This document shows positions 19,115-29,200 of a stretch of DNA of 64,000 bases, one piece after another. The position numbers and the translations under genes were made by a program. The notes below the pieces were generated by a model that was not told where the DNA came from, searched no databases, and saw only the letters and a list, made by a program, of their open reading frames with translations. Position 1 is the first letter of the stretch. Each line of letters begins with the position of its first letter. Origin of the DNA: a virus (taxonomy: Duplodnaviria; Caudoviricetes); IMG/VR virus record IMGVR_UViG_3300028603_000018, positions 64,001-128,000 of that record. One strand, given 5' to 3'.

Positions 19115-19990
19115 TTAGAAATCTTGAGTATTGGTTTCGGGATAAGCTCTATTAGGACCCCAAATAATTCTTACACCACCATTTTTCTGAACATGTGTGG
19201 TGGCTGTTCTTGAAAAACCGCCCATGCCATGAATACTTGTTCCATTAATAACTGAACCTGATGACGTTATAATATTACTAGTGACAACACCATCAGGTCC
19301 TTTTCCTCTGATTCCTACACCACCACCACCTGCGCCACTACCACCCTGTCCAGCTCTTGCTGGGAGATTACCAGAGCCACCAGTTTGGTTAATATTACCA
19401 CTTCCACCTCTTTCAGAATACCCACCACCACCTCCGCCTTTTAGTACTGCGGAGCTAGCTTGAGGGCTATTTTGAGAACCTCCTGCACCACCATTTCCAC
19501 CACCAAAATCTATCCCAGTGGTTCCAGATATATTATAAATCGCATACGTTCCTCCCGCCACTTGTGTAGATGATCCTGATGAGTTACTTCTCCCGCCTTG
19601 ACCACCATTAGCTACCATAAAGGCCGGGAGAGCTACATCACCATTATCATCATCATTGTTTATTATAGCGATACTGGAATGCCCTCCTGCTCCTCCATGT
19701 CCGTTTGTAGCGCCCTGATAACCAGCTCCTCCAACAACGACTTCAACTTTTCTACTGGTAGGAACGTCAACTTTAGCAACCCAACAAAGCGCGCCACCAC
19801 CACCAGACCCAACAGAACCAGTAGTCCGAGTACCACCTCCACCTCCACCTCCACCTACTGCTACAGCAGAGAAGGAGGTAATTCCTTCAGGAAATTCAAA
19901 AATATAAGTGCCGGGTTCAATGAATTCTACTTGACCGCTTAAACCATCGTCGAGAGGAGGGAGTAATCCTACCAATAAATCTTTACTCAT
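19115..19990 (-). CDS. Glycine-rich putative adhesin / fibre accessory (MSKDLL family)
   Basis: MSKDLLVG start, F.FPEGITSFSAVAVGGGGGG, Gly-rich loops and C-terminal GGVRIIWG..RAYP; paralogue of 53327-54173. Confidence 0.6.
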   Translation of the reverse strand: MSKDLLVGLLPPLDDGLSGQVEFIEPGTYIFEFPEGITSFSAVAVGGGGGGGGTRTTGSVGSGGGGALCWVAKVDVPTSRKVEVVVGGAGYQGATNGHGGAGGHSSIAIINNDDDNGDVALPAFMVANGGQGGRSNSSGSSTQVAGGTYAIYNISGTTGIDFGGGNGGAGGSQNSPQASSAVLKGGGGGGYSERGGSGNINQTGGSGNLPARAGQGGSGAGGGGVGIRGKGPDGVVTSNIITSSGSVINGTSIHGMGGFSRTATTHVQKNGGVRIIWGPNRAYPETNTQDF

Positions 19991-20021
19991 AACTTTTAAT
20001 ATCTATAAAATATTTCAATAA

Positions 20022-20528
20022 TTAAGCAATAAAGTCATCAGCACTTAACTTCTCTACACCAATATGAGTATTACCAGGAACAGTTTCTACTTTAGGGATA
20101 TCATCACCTAATTCCTTAGCATTACCTTTATTTTCTTCAGCTCCACTAGGATTAAAACCAGGTAACTTATCATTAGAAGGCAGTCCCATTAACATATTAC
20201 CGATCTGTTCAGCAAAGCCTTTAAACGCAGCAGAGTTCTCACCCTCTTTCTCCATCTTCATTAGGTCAAGTTCTTGCTTGCTAAAGTCATTAATCAATCC
20301 AGCTAAGGATTGATATGACATCGCGCGAGACATGTCTAAATTCTGCATTCCTTTATTAATTAGCATCTTTCTTAAATTCTGAGAAAGTTCTAATCGTTCA
20401 GTAGGACTAAACTCTGGGGACAGTAAAGTAGAGAAATCTAATTCAGGCACAGGTTCTTTTTGCTTACCAGGTTTTCCTTCATCAATTTTAACCATTGAAT
20501 CAGCAACTGGATTACCTGTAGTATTCAT
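20022..20528 (-). CDS. Hypothetical protein
   Basis: 168 aa with AGGAG RBS. Confidence 0.7.
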   Translation of the reverse strand: MNTTGNPVADSMVKIDEGKPGKQKEPVPELDFSTLLSPEFSPTERLELSQNLRKMLINKGMQNLDMSRAMSYQSLAGLINDFSKQELDLMKMEKEGENSAAFKGFAEQIGNMLMGLPSNDKLPGFNPSGAEENKGNAKELGDDIPKVETVPGNTHIGVEKLSADDFIA

Positions 20529-20565
20529 TTATGCACTCCTTTTATTGTTTGTATGTATATTTAAA

Positions 20566-20585
20566 TATTTCAATCACATATCACC
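20566..20585 (+). promoter_or_regulatory. Putative early promoter
   Basis: TATTTCAATCACATATCACC (core CATATCAC at 20577-20584). Confidence 0.55.
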
Positions 20586-20715
20586 TTAGTGTCAGTAATC
20601 AATACTCATTGAGGTAATTGCTAATGAAATAAGCTAACAACTAAAAATATTGTCTTCGTATAAGGATTTCTAAGCATATGATACTTCACTTAAAGGAGCT
20701 TTATATAGGACCGTT

Positions 20716-21216
20716 ATGTTTAACTGGCTAAGGTCAAAGATAAAAACGAAGCGTAAGAAAATCATTATTGATGAAGTTCATGATAAAGAAATAGATGTTT
20801 ATACAAAAACACTTGTTCTCTTTGAGCTTCTTGGTAAAGAACACTTCCGTATTTTCTATACTCAACACTTTCTGTTTGATCTATACTTACCTAATGCAAA
20901 GGAGTTAGTTAAACTACTTAGGGAGTTAAATAGAACTGTTGAAAATAAACGCCCTATTAACGAAAACCGTTTATCATTTCCTCTAAATAATTTTGATAAT
21001 GATAGTTTCTTTTATCAAGATGAAAGTTACTTAAATAAATTTAACTATTTAGAGGCTATCAAAAAAGAAGTTATTAAACTTATAACAAATGTACAAACCT
21101 ATCAGAGTTCTGATGAAGATCTCATTCTCCCCACTAAGGAGTATTATGAAAGGAACTTGTATTCCGTTATTTCTGATTTACAGTCCTTTGCTGAACTGAT
21201 TATCAGAAGAGTGTGA
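20716..21216 (+). CDS. Hypothetical protein
   Basis: 166-aa ORF with AGGA RBS. Confidence 0.65.
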   Translation: MFNWLRSKIKTKRKKIIIDEVHDKEIDVYTKTLVLFELLGKEHFRIFYTQHFLFDLYLPNAKELVKLLRELNRTVENKRPINENRLSFPLNNFDNDSFFYQDESYLNKFNYLEAIKKEVIKLITNVQTYQSSDEDLILPTKEYYERNLYSVISDLQSFAELIIRRV

Positions 21217-21249
21217 TGACTTCAACATTTCATGGATTAACTTACGTCT

Positions 21250-21672
21250 ATGCAGAAGCGAAGCAAAAATACGCAACTCAATAGGCTACTTACCTCTAAA
21301 GATAAAAATGCTTATTCAGTAACAGGCATGAAAGGTGTCTTAGCACACATCTTTCGTAAGTATCTGTCGAGATTAAAAGTTGATGAACCTAACTGGTCAT
21401 TAAAGATTAATCAATACATTAAGAAATACGAACATGAAGGTATTTCTAAACGACAAAGGTCGAGTATTGGTAATAACCTCACAAAAGCCTTATCCGCAAG
21501 AGAGATGTCTTGGATTACATTTCTAAGAGGTCTTAACTTTCTAGGCGCTATTAAAATTGAATTTACAGTAAAAGCAACTTTTCACAATAATCGAGTTATC
21601 GAAGAACATGTGGAGTTTACTTATGACGAAACAGAAGTGAAATTTGACTTTGAAGAACAGGAAAGGAAATAA
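21250..21672 (+). CDS. Conserved basic jumbo-phage protein
   Basis: 140 aa; GVLAHIFR and GNNLTKALS..EMSWITFLRGL segments resemble conserved phiKZ-like proteins. Confidence 0.6.
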   Translation: MQKRSKNTQLNRLLTSKDKNAYSVTGMKGVLAHIFRKYLSRLKVDEPNWSLKINQYIKKYEHEGISKRQRSSIGNNLTKALSAREMSWITFLRGLNFLGAIKIEFTVKATFHNNRVIEEHVEFTYDETEVKFDFEEQERK

Positions 21673-21674
21673 AA

Positions 21675-22268
21675 ATGAGTATCTTAAAGGTATTTAAAAA
21701 GCAAGACAGGTCAACGCTACCCGTAGCAGTATCTAAGAAAATTAACTTTAACCTACCTACTGTTAATGTACACAAGTTAGGAGATGATGGTGAGGATCAT
21801 ATTAATATCCATCCCATCTATGCAGAAACAGAATTAGGTAAAATGCTCTCTATGCATGACTATACTCCATTTACTCATCCTGTTCTTGGAACTTTCTCTA
21901 CTTTGATTGGATATTGGTTTTATATCAAGACAAAAGGAATGAGTGATGATTTCAGACTGGGTCGAGACGGAAAAGCTTTTCGTAAGAAAGCCGGTGAGAT
22001 GCAACAGTTTCGTTTAGAGAACTTTCAAGAATATATCTTGGACGGTTACTATGAAATGATTTCTCAAAATGAAAATGTAAAAGAATTATTTCTAGCATCT
22101 ACTCTCCCCTTTACACAATATTGGATTTCTAGTAAAGTACGAGCTGTTCCTCCTGGTCTAGAATTTATTAATTCTGGATTACATTCTCTTAGAGAAAACA
22201 TGAAGTTAGGCATTGAACCTGATCGACCTGATTTTGTTCGAGACTTCAAAGAGCTAATTCGATATTAA
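21675..22268 (+). CDS. Conserved phage protein with NADAR-like features
   Basis: DHINI...TELGKMLS..YTPF...GTFSTLIGYW..IK and MISQNENVKELFLAS align by eye with NADAR/YbiA segments. Confidence 0.45.
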   Translation: MSILKVFKKQDRSTLPVAVSKKINFNLPTVNVHKLGDDGEDHINIHPIYAETELGKMLSMHDYTPFTHPVLGTFSTLIGYWFYIKTKGMSDDFRLGRDGKAFRKKAGEMQQFRLENFQEYILDGYYEMISQNENVKELFLASTLPFTQYWISSKVRAVPPGLEFINSGLHSLRENMKLGIEPDRPDFVRDFKELIRY

Positions 22269-22278
22269 AGAATATATT

Positions 22279-22321
22279 TAGGGAGGGTTATTTACCCTCC
22301 CTATTTATGCTCTTATTTTTT
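22279..22321 (+). terminator. Terminator (TTTATGC family)
   Basis: TAGGGAGGGT-TATTT-ACCCTCCCTA followed by TTTATGC. Confidence 0.7.
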
Positions 22322-22348
22322 ATAAAAATTGAATTTCGTAACATGGTA

Positions 22349-22365
22349 GTTATACATAACTAGTT
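22349..22365 (+). promoter_or_regulatory. Putative early promoter
   Basis: GTTATACATAACTAGTT, 15/17 identical to the motif at 12112. Confidence 0.5.
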
Positions 22366-22402
22366 TGAATTATGTTTTTATTTATCTGAAGGAATATCTA
22401 AC

Positions 22403-22945
22403 ATGAAAGTACTGCGTAATCATTTTAACAATAACCCAACTGTTGTTATTCATGGACGTATTATCAACGGTTGTAGGAACTTTACATTAGAAGAAGCACC
22501 TAATATCTTAAAGTACTATAAAGTACCAGATGACATTTGGCAAGAGGTCTTAGATGTTTACTCTCCTACGTCCACTGACGAAGAAATCGAATCTTTCATC
22601 AATGATGAGAATTTCTATATCCGTAAGTTAGTAGCTATCTATGGCAATGATAAACATAGAGATGCTCTCATTAACGATAAAAGTATGGATGTTAGAAATT
22701 CAGTAGCTATCTACGGTAACGATTCACATCGAGACATTCTAGTCAAAGATAAAATTTCGTTTATACGTGAGGCAGTGGCTCGGCACGGCAATAGCAGTCA
22801 ACACGATATCTTAGTCAAGGATGAAGATTGGGTTGTTAGGGTTAACGTAGCTAGGTTTGGCAGCAATTCTCACCGAGAACTTCTTAAAAACGATACTGAC
22901 TTACATGTTAGAAATATAGCAATCTTTAAATTAAGAAAGAAATAA
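22403..22945 (+). CDS. HEAT / leucine-rich-variant repeat protein
   Basis: About four to five 24-aa repeats D....VR..VA.yG.d.HRd.L.kD. Confidence 0.75.
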   Translation: MKVLRNHFNNNPTVVIHGRIINGCRNFTLEEAPNILKYYKVPDDIWQEVLDVYSPTSTDEEIESFINDENFYIRKLVAIYGNDKHRDALINDKSMDVRNSVAIYGNDSHRDILVKDKISFIREAVARHGNSSQHDILVKDEDWVVRVNVARFGSNSHRELLKNDTDLHVRNIAIFKLRKK

Positions 22946-23078
22946 AAGAAAAGCATTCATTCTAGAAGAGATCCTTTAATTAGGGTCTCCTCTACCTCTC
23001 TTTCTTTTTTTCTTTGTTACAAGTAAGATTCAGCCTTTAACGGCGTGATAGTATAGTAATGATTTATAGAGATTTGAC

Positions 23079-24134
23079 ATGGATCTTAATACCGTTAATA
23101 ACCGAGTAGCTAATAGTGTCTACTTGAGTAAGCCTACAGATAAAGTCGCTGTAGCAGATATTTATAAAGATAAAAAACAAGGCGTTATCAATAGCATCCG
23201 TGACATAGGTAAAGAATATGGTTTTAATGAATCCCTCACTGCTTTACTTAGAGGAAGTCAAGATGTTATCCGTCTCTTTCCTGTAGTGAAGTCAGGATTA
23301 GAAGGTTTATCTAAAGAGAATATTCTAAATCGAGTAATGACTAGTACTAATCTACTTCGTGGTGTGGGTGCTAATCAGTTACCAGAGGGTTGGAATAATA
23401 CAGTAGATAACTTCTATAAAAACTACGGTGACTATGTTGTTCAAATAGGTAATGTAAGTAGGGTTGTTAATGGGACTAATTTTGATAACTTACAATCAGT
23501 AGGTAATTTAGTTAATCGATTAGCAGGCGAAAGCACATTACTATTTGAAGATAATGATGGATTAGCCTCCTTATCAGCTTCCATTATTAAAGAAGCTACT
23601 CAATACGGAATTCCTAATAGTTTTGATAAAGTGTTACAAACTGTTCAAAACTCTGACATTATGCTAAAGACAGCTAATAGCTGCATTCCTGTAGCTATTG
23701 AATATAGTGATATTGGAATGTTAAGATCAATTAGTAGAACATTAGGTCAGGGTAATCTACTTAACAATATTCCATCTGTATTAAGTACCTTCTCTCGTCA
23801 ATACGGTAGTTTCTTTGGTGAGACTTTCCTAGATACTAAGAACCTTCTTAATTCTCTATTAGAAACTTTCGATGAAGTCGATGAAGGGTGGAGAACGTAT
23901 GAACGTTCTGGTACTTCTACTGAGATTGATGATGTTTATGTCATGACTACAGCTTCGGCTGATATGAAGAACCTAATTAGTGGTGTGAAGACTTCTTATG
24001 AGTGGGATGATCAAAAACTACAGATAGGTACTTCCTTTAGTAGGGTAAGTGTGGATGAAGAGATCAAACGCCAATTACCTAGAAAAGCGGATATTAATTA
24101 CTATAACGAAGTCAGTCCGTATTTAGATATTTAA
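23079..24134 (+). CDS. Putative virion (tail/baseplate) protein
   Basis: 351 aa; first gene of an operon with the gp182-like gene that converges on the tape measure. Confidence 0.5.
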   Translation: MDLNTVNNRVANSVYLSKPTDKVAVADIYKDKKQGVINSIRDIGKEYGFNESLTALLRGSQDVIRLFPVVKSGLEGLSKENILNRVMTSTNLLRGVGANQLPEGWNNTVDNFYKNYGDYVVQIGNVSRVVNGTNFDNLQSVGNLVNRLAGESTLLFEDNDGLASLSASIIKEATQYGIPNSFDKVLQTVQNSDIMLKTANSCIPVAIEYSDIGMLRSISRTLGQGNLLNNIPSVLSTFSRQYGSFFGETFLDTKNLLNSLLETFDEVDEGWRTYERSGTSTEIDDVYVMTTASADMKNLISGVKTSYEWDDQKLQIGTSFSRVSVDEEIKRQLPRKADINYYNEVSPYLDI

Positions 24135-24153
24135 AAAAAGGAATAAATAGACA

Positions 24154-26166
24154 ATGGCTTCATATTTAGAAAAAAGATTTGAAGAACAACGTAATTATGT
24201 TTTAGGTATTGATAACAGGAGTTGGTTACGTGATTCTTTACTAGCCAGAGGAGCTTTATCAAAATTAGATGAAGATTCCCCTATCTACTATTCTACTGCT
24301 GATACCAAATATACTGATACGACATTAGGTGGTAACTTTGCTATTAACCCTCCTCCTCAATGGACGCGTAGTGCTGATATTAAAAGAAGAGGGAGAAGTA
24401 AGTATGGTCACGGTATGGGAAGAGCTTATAGTGAAAGAATTGATGACTACAGTCAGCTTGTCCATATGCGTTTAGGTGTAGCGTCTTTTAACTCACTATC
24501 TACTTTCGTTGGAAACTTCTATAACCATAACTTAGGCACTTTATCTAGAACAGGTCGTGGTCCTGGCGTTATGTTCATGGCAGGTAAAGCAGTAGGTTTC
24601 GTTGTCGCTATTGCTGCTTGGAAGATTCAAGCCCTTATGTTAATTGGACAAGGCGTCGCATTCTTCTTGGAAAAAGGTTCTACTCGGTTTTATAAGTTAA
24701 AACCTACTATGCCTATTTACTGGAATACAGTGCAAACCATTGTTAACCAATTAGCAGTTAACTTAGGCGTATCTCCTAGAGCTATTCAAAATGCCCCAGT
24801 AGGTAATGCAATCTTACAAGGGTATCAGTTTACTGAAGGTGATGCTAATCGACTCAGAGAGGCTTTTCCTGGCTTATTTACTAGAATGGGTTCTATTGAT
24901 GTTTGGGCATTAGCTAATAGATCTCAACGTATGTATATTAACCAAATCTCTAAAGCAGATAATTTATACGGTAAATATGAAGGCGGGATTAAAGATAGTT
25001 TAGAAAATGATATTAGAGAACTCTATCAAGGTGAAGTGACTGATCCTGGTAGACGCGCTTATGTTGATTATCTAGATAGTTGGTTAAATACCGCAGCAGG
25101 AACTCCAGAAGGTGTTGTTACTGATGAACAAGGTCAGATTGTTAGTGCGGGTATTGAGACGATAAACTCCTTAGAAAGAGGAGATGTTCCTAGACTCGTC
25201 GACTACTATGAAGCTGAACTTTATGATGGTAGTGCTTTTATTACCTTTAGAGTTAACTATACGGGTTCAGTCTCTGATTCTGTTTCTAACCAATCAGGAG
25301 AATCCGATATCGGTAATACTCTAAATGGCTTAGTAAGTAAAGCTAAAGAAGCTACCTTTGCATTTGCTGGAGGTAACATCGCTCCTGGTGTAGGTGAAGT
25401 TATTAAAATGGCTGGCAACTTTGTATCAGGTGCTCTAGATAGTTTTGGATTGACTGGTGTAGTTAACGCAGCAGTAGGCGGGGCTTTTGTTGATATTCCT
25501 AGTCAATGGAAGAGTTCTTCTGCTTCATTTAACAAATCCACTTACACAATCGATTTAGTCTCTCCTTATAACCATCCAATGGCTAAACTGATGTTTCAGT
25601 ATATTCCAATGGCTATGTTAATGGCAGCAGCTTTCCCAAGATCAACAGGTACGCAATCGTATTACGCTCCACCTATGTTAGAGTTCTATGACCAAGGTCG
25701 TGCACAAACTCGATTAGGTATGATTAGTGATCTTAGTTTTGAGAGAGGTTTCACTAACTTAGGTTTTAACCATAGTAACCGAGCTATGGGAATTAGGGCT
25801 ACGTTTAGTATTGCTGATATGTCTAATATTGTTCATGTACCTATTTCTGTTAATAATGGTTTATTAGAATTGATTACTGGTACAGTATTAGGTGGTGGTA
25901 GAGGTGCTGTTACAGGCATTATGAAAAACATCGGTAATCAGATGTTCGATGATGAAAGTCCTTTTAACGACTATTTAGGCGTCATAGCGGGCTTAAGCGT
26001 AGCTGACCAGGTCTTCACCTTACGTAAAGCTAAACTACGTGCTACAAGAGCTTTAATGAACTGGGAACGATGGACTTCTCCAGCTCGCTTAGCTCATATT
26101 ACAGGTGACTGGATTCCTTCTAGACTTCTTTCAATGCTTTATCCAGTTAACCATAAACTGGGATAA
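24154..26166 (+). CDS. Tail/baseplate protein, phiKZ gp182-like
   Basis: TDTTLGGNFAINPPPQWTR.AD, GMGRAYSE.IDD and DGSAFITFRV motifs; adjacent to the gp181-like gene. Confidence 0.7.
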   Translation: MASYLEKRFEEQRNYVLGIDNRSWLRDSLLARGALSKLDEDSPIYYSTADTKYTDTTLGGNFAINPPPQWTRSADIKRRGRSKYGHGMGRAYSERIDDYSQLVHMRLGVASFNSLSTFVGNFYNHNLGTLSRTGRGPGVMFMAGKAVGFVVAIAAWKIQALMLIGQGVAFFLEKGSTRFYKLKPTMPIYWNTVQTIVNQLAVNLGVSPRAIQNAPVGNAILQGYQFTEGDANRLREAFPGLFTRMGSIDVWALANRSQRMYINQISKADNLYGKYEGGIKDSLENDIRELYQGEVTDPGRRAYVDYLDSWLNTAAGTPEGVVTDEQGQIVSAGIETINSLERGDVPRLVDYYEAELYDGSAFITFRVNYTGSVSDSVSNQSGESDIGNTLNGLVSKAKEATFAFAGGNIAPGVGEVIKMAGNFVSGALDSFGLTGVVNAAVGGAFVDIPSQWKSSSASFNKSTYTIDLVSPYNHPMAKLMFQYIPMAMLMAAAFPRSTGTQSYYAPPMLEFYDQGRAQTRLGMISDLSFERGFTNLGFNHSNRAMGIRATFSIADMSNIVHVPISVNNGLLELITGTVLGGGRGAVTGIMKNIGNQMFDDESPFNDYLGVIAGLSVADQVFTLRKAKLRATRALMNWERWTSPARLAHITGDWIPSRLLSMLYPVNHKLG

Positions 26167-26175
26167 TAGTAATCA

Positions 26176-26216
26176 CAGCATAAAAAGGGAGAGCTAATTG
26201 CTCTCCCCTTTATGCC
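26176..26216. terminator. Bidirectional terminator (GCATAAA family)
   Basis: GCATAAAAAGGGAGAGC-TAATT-GCTCTCCCCTTTATGC; close copy of the 13236 hairpin. Confidence 0.75.
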
Positions 26217-26219
26217 CTA

Positions 26220-29200
26220 TTAAATATTTCTACGTGTATTTACAATTGGAGTAGGCCAGTTATCTTTATTTCGTTGCCGATTAAAGTAAGCAGCTTCCTC
26301 TGGAGTAGTAGGTTTATTTAAACCACTGACCTTACTAAATAGTTCAGTCATACTGTCTTTACTTAGTGCATGACTAATCTTAGAGATGTCTTTACTCATT
26401 GACTGTAGTACAGTGAGTTGCTCTTGAGCAATGTCTCTTGATTTTGTCATAGCTTCTAAATGAAGATCTTTATCAGTTTGTTGCTTAGCAGCAGCTTGCT
26501 GATACATTGTCTCAGGCATGAGACCAGTGATGCTTTGATTCCCTAAAGCAGTGGGCATACCAGTGCGCTTATCCTCAGAAGGATAAATACCAACACGCCC
26601 TTTGTTTTCCTCTACTGCTTTTTCAGCTGTAGTGGTGAGATTTCCACCTGTTACACTAAAACGTACTTTATTATCCCCAATTTTTGACATCAGAGTGTTA
26701 AAAGCAGTTAGTGAGTTTCTGATAGTTACATCACCAGCTTGTTTATTAATAAGCTGACCAATGATAATTTCATTGTTTCTACTCACTGTTTGGTCAGCGT
26801 TAGAACCATTACCAGAGCTTAATACACCTACTTTATTATTTCCTGACCAAATCTCATAAACAGAACCTTGAGATTTATTAACACTAGGAATAAGTTCGTA
26901 TGTACCTGGCTTAAAGTTATCACTGAGTTCAATAGTAGAGAAAACTTCACCATTGGACAATTGTAATTTACCTACCATTACTTTTTCTTTAGTTGTAGTG
27001 CGTGTTAAAGATAAGGTAAGGGTAGTTTTTGTAGAGATATTATTCTCTCCAACAGAAGTACGAGGATCATGACCTTGTATTCGATTAGAAGTAATACCTG
27101 TACCACCTAGAGGATTATCTGAAGGTGTTGATACGTTAACATTAGCTCCAACTTCAGAACGATACTCACTTGGATCACGACCACCATCTTCTTTAGGTAT
27201 AATAGAGCCGCCTAAAGGAAGTGTGGAAGATCTACTTACAGTTTCAGGTGCTACTGTCGGTACATTAGATTCACTGATTGAAGTATTAATCCCTTCACTA
27301 GAACCTGTAGCAGGTAGAATTACACCACTGTGTGTATCTGGTGGTGGAAAGTGTCCTGTCTCAGTACCAGCTTTAATCCCTAAATGGCGTTTACGTACAG
27401 AACGAATACGACTCTGGAAATAATTAATGATATCAGCAAAAGTTCTTGGTCTGCGTGTTTCCTTATCATAGAAAACCCATTTATTAGCATTAGCTGCTTT
27501 AGGTAAGAGTTGAGCTGCTACAGCACCAGGGTTATTACCCATGGCTTTTAAAAAGCTAGTAGCTCCACCTGGACCTAAGAAGTGCGCTAAATAAAGATCT
27601 AACATACTAATTTTCCTATTAGGGAAATTATTCGTTAGTGTCTTATGGTTTTCTTTCATGTACTCAGCAGTCATTAAAGAGTTAGCAATGGGATCTAAAC
27701 GACTTACACCTGGTTGGAGTCCATACTTACCTCCATAGCGTTTAATCATTGCTTCCCACGTACTTTTAATAAACTGTCCTAAACCCATTGCAGAAGAAGT
27801 ACCTGGCCTAGCTTGGTTCCTAAAATCAGATTCTAATCCAATATAGGTAGCTAGATCCGTAGCACTGACTCCAGCAGCTTTTGCTACACCATCAATCATG
27901 TCCTTATAATGCAAATAGCTGTTATCTCCTGTCGGTAAAGGGATACCTTCGTACTTAGTATCAGTTCCTTTACCTAAAGAAACTTCACCTAAGTCAGTTG
28001 GTAATGCACCTCGATCTTCACCGGGTAGACCAAAACCACTCACTTGACCATGAATACCGTAGACTTGAGGTTCACTTTTTGTCCTGTACATCGAACCATG
28101 ATCTGCACCACTTGCATGTGCTTCTGTTCGATTAATAGGACTGCCTAAACCTCGTACATTTGATTGTTCTTGTGGTATAAAGGTAGATAGCGCAGCTTTA
28201 GTAGAAGAACTCGTAGTATTTAGTGCCTGTTCTTGGTTAAGCTTAGTATCACTTGCTTCTTTCTCAATAGCTTTGATATTTATTTCAACAGTCTTGCTAT
28301 CTGTGTTGAGTTCAATATCATCCCAAGGAGAATCAGTAATAGACCAAACACTAACTTTTATTCCGTCTACAGTTGTCATGACAGAGCTAACGATTCTAGC
28401 AAATTCTAATCTATCACTAGCACCCATCATGTCTAACTGATATTGTACTAGGTTAGATTTTGTTTTTTGCTGAATAATAGAAGCAGCAGTCGTATAAACA
28501 GGTAAGAAACGTAAACTAAACCAACGGTTAAATAAAGCAGCTCTTTCGCTAGATGGACTACTAATACCAAAGTGAGGAAGGAAGGTTTCATGCACACTAC
28601 TTAAATCACCTTCCCAGATAACAGTTTCATTATCTTGAACTCTTAATCCTTCAGTACAGTATGATTCTAACTCCCTTAAGATCTTTACTTTACTTAATGT
28701 AAATTCAGATAAGCCGTAAGTTTTAAAACGTACAGCATCAACTGCTTTAATATAACTAGGTACGCGGTTATTAATTAGTTCTACTTTAGAAGCATAACTA
28801 CTTGTAATAGTTTTACCTGCTTCTTTAACAGATTGTCCGTGTAGTAATTTAGGATCAGCTTCTTTACTTTCTTCTCCTTCTTTCTTAGGTTGTTCCGTAG
28901 CTTTATCCTCAGGATTTGCACTTTGCTCTTTAAGAAGTTCTGCACGTTTCTTATTACCGATCTTAGTACTTAGTTTCTTATCGACTTCATTCCAAATAGA
29001 ATCAACTTCCACAGGACCCATAACTAAAGGTTTCTCTGAGAAAGGGTTAGAATCTACTTCATAAGGTCCATTTTTGAAACGAGTAGCTTGATGGTATCTA
29101 ATCTTATCTTCTGGTTTTAACTTGTCTACTTTTTGTAAATCAGTATTACCAGCGATACGACTAATGATTCCAATATGGATTAAGAAAATAGGAATAAACC

